From Botryllus schlosseri (taxonomy: Eukaryota): a stretch of 64,000 nucleotides of DNA. The notes below the pieces were generated by a model. The model had not been told where the DNA came from, did no database searches, and saw only the letters and a program-made list of their open reading frames with translations. The stretch spans positions 15,748,001-15,812,000 of the forward strand of contig CM119386.1 of NCBI GenBank assembly GCA_051294905.1. The letters are read 5' to 3'. Shown piece by piece: positions 63,558 through 64,000 of the stretch. The stretch's first letter is position 1, and each line of letters begins with the position of its first letter. The position numbers and the translations under genes are program-made.

Positions 63558-63810
63558 TGCGGCGAGATAGCTTGGTGATATAATCCACGGCCACGGTTCG
63601 AGTCCGACCGAGGTCGACTCCAGAATAATTACCTGTGTTGGAGGTTTATCTAGGCTCCTCCTCACCATCTCGTCCGTGTAAGCGATGTCTTATAAAAGCC
63701 TATAGGAGTGGGCCGTTCTACAACTCGGCAGCTACGGAATCAAAAAGAATATCGACCTGGTGTAAATGACCATAATAGTCGAAAATCACCATGAATACCA
63801 AAAAAACACT
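63558..63810 (+). mobile_element. SINE family A copy (near full length)
   Basis: Head ggcgagatagcttggt...ggttcgagtccgaccgagg; body as in the other copies. Confidence 0.75.
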
Positions 63811-64000
63811 ACCCTATCTCCCCCGCTATATATCATATTGACATGACGGCTGATTTTGTTATTTATTTGTGTTTTTGTATTTATTCTTTTCTTTCTGTTA
63901 CCCACAATTTCAAAATGTCCACTGTTAAATTAATACACTGTATCACTTCACTGTCACGGAGCCGATGGAGGTGACGAGTAATAAGACCTTTACTGGTCAT

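Overview
This is AT-rich, repeat-dense eukaryotic DNA with spliceosomal introns, probably from a marine invertebrate (tunicate-like by impression only; the species cannot be determined from the sequence). It holds three host genes: a nanos gene whose CCHC-CCHC zinc finger is split by a GC-AG intron (minus strand, ~0.7-3.0 kb), and two paralogous spliced genes for signal peptide + single BCMA/TACI/Fn14-type cysteine-rich domain + transmembrane receptors (16.1-19.4 kb and 44.8-45.9 kb). The main finding is a 15,298-bp insertion (27809-43106) that is almost entirely one palindrome: 7,044-bp arms that are >99% identical by eye, around a 615-bp spacer. It has 5'-AGTAGTAG...CTACTACT-3' ends and an exact 6-bp target-site duplication (CTTGCT), the signature of Polinton/Maverick elements. 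No integrase, polymerase or capsid ORF is recognisable in it. Instead it carries an intronless 3xBIR(+decayed RING) IAP pseudogene at its centre, consistent with a 'copy-back' defective Polinton genome that re-integrated. The left arm alone has a second 595-bp fold-back insertion. The rest of the window contains a decayed Ty3/gypsy LTR retrotransposon (50973-56023), many hAT-type MITEs with 8-bp TSDs, and two tRNA-derived SINE families. All alignments were done by eye; no database search was run.
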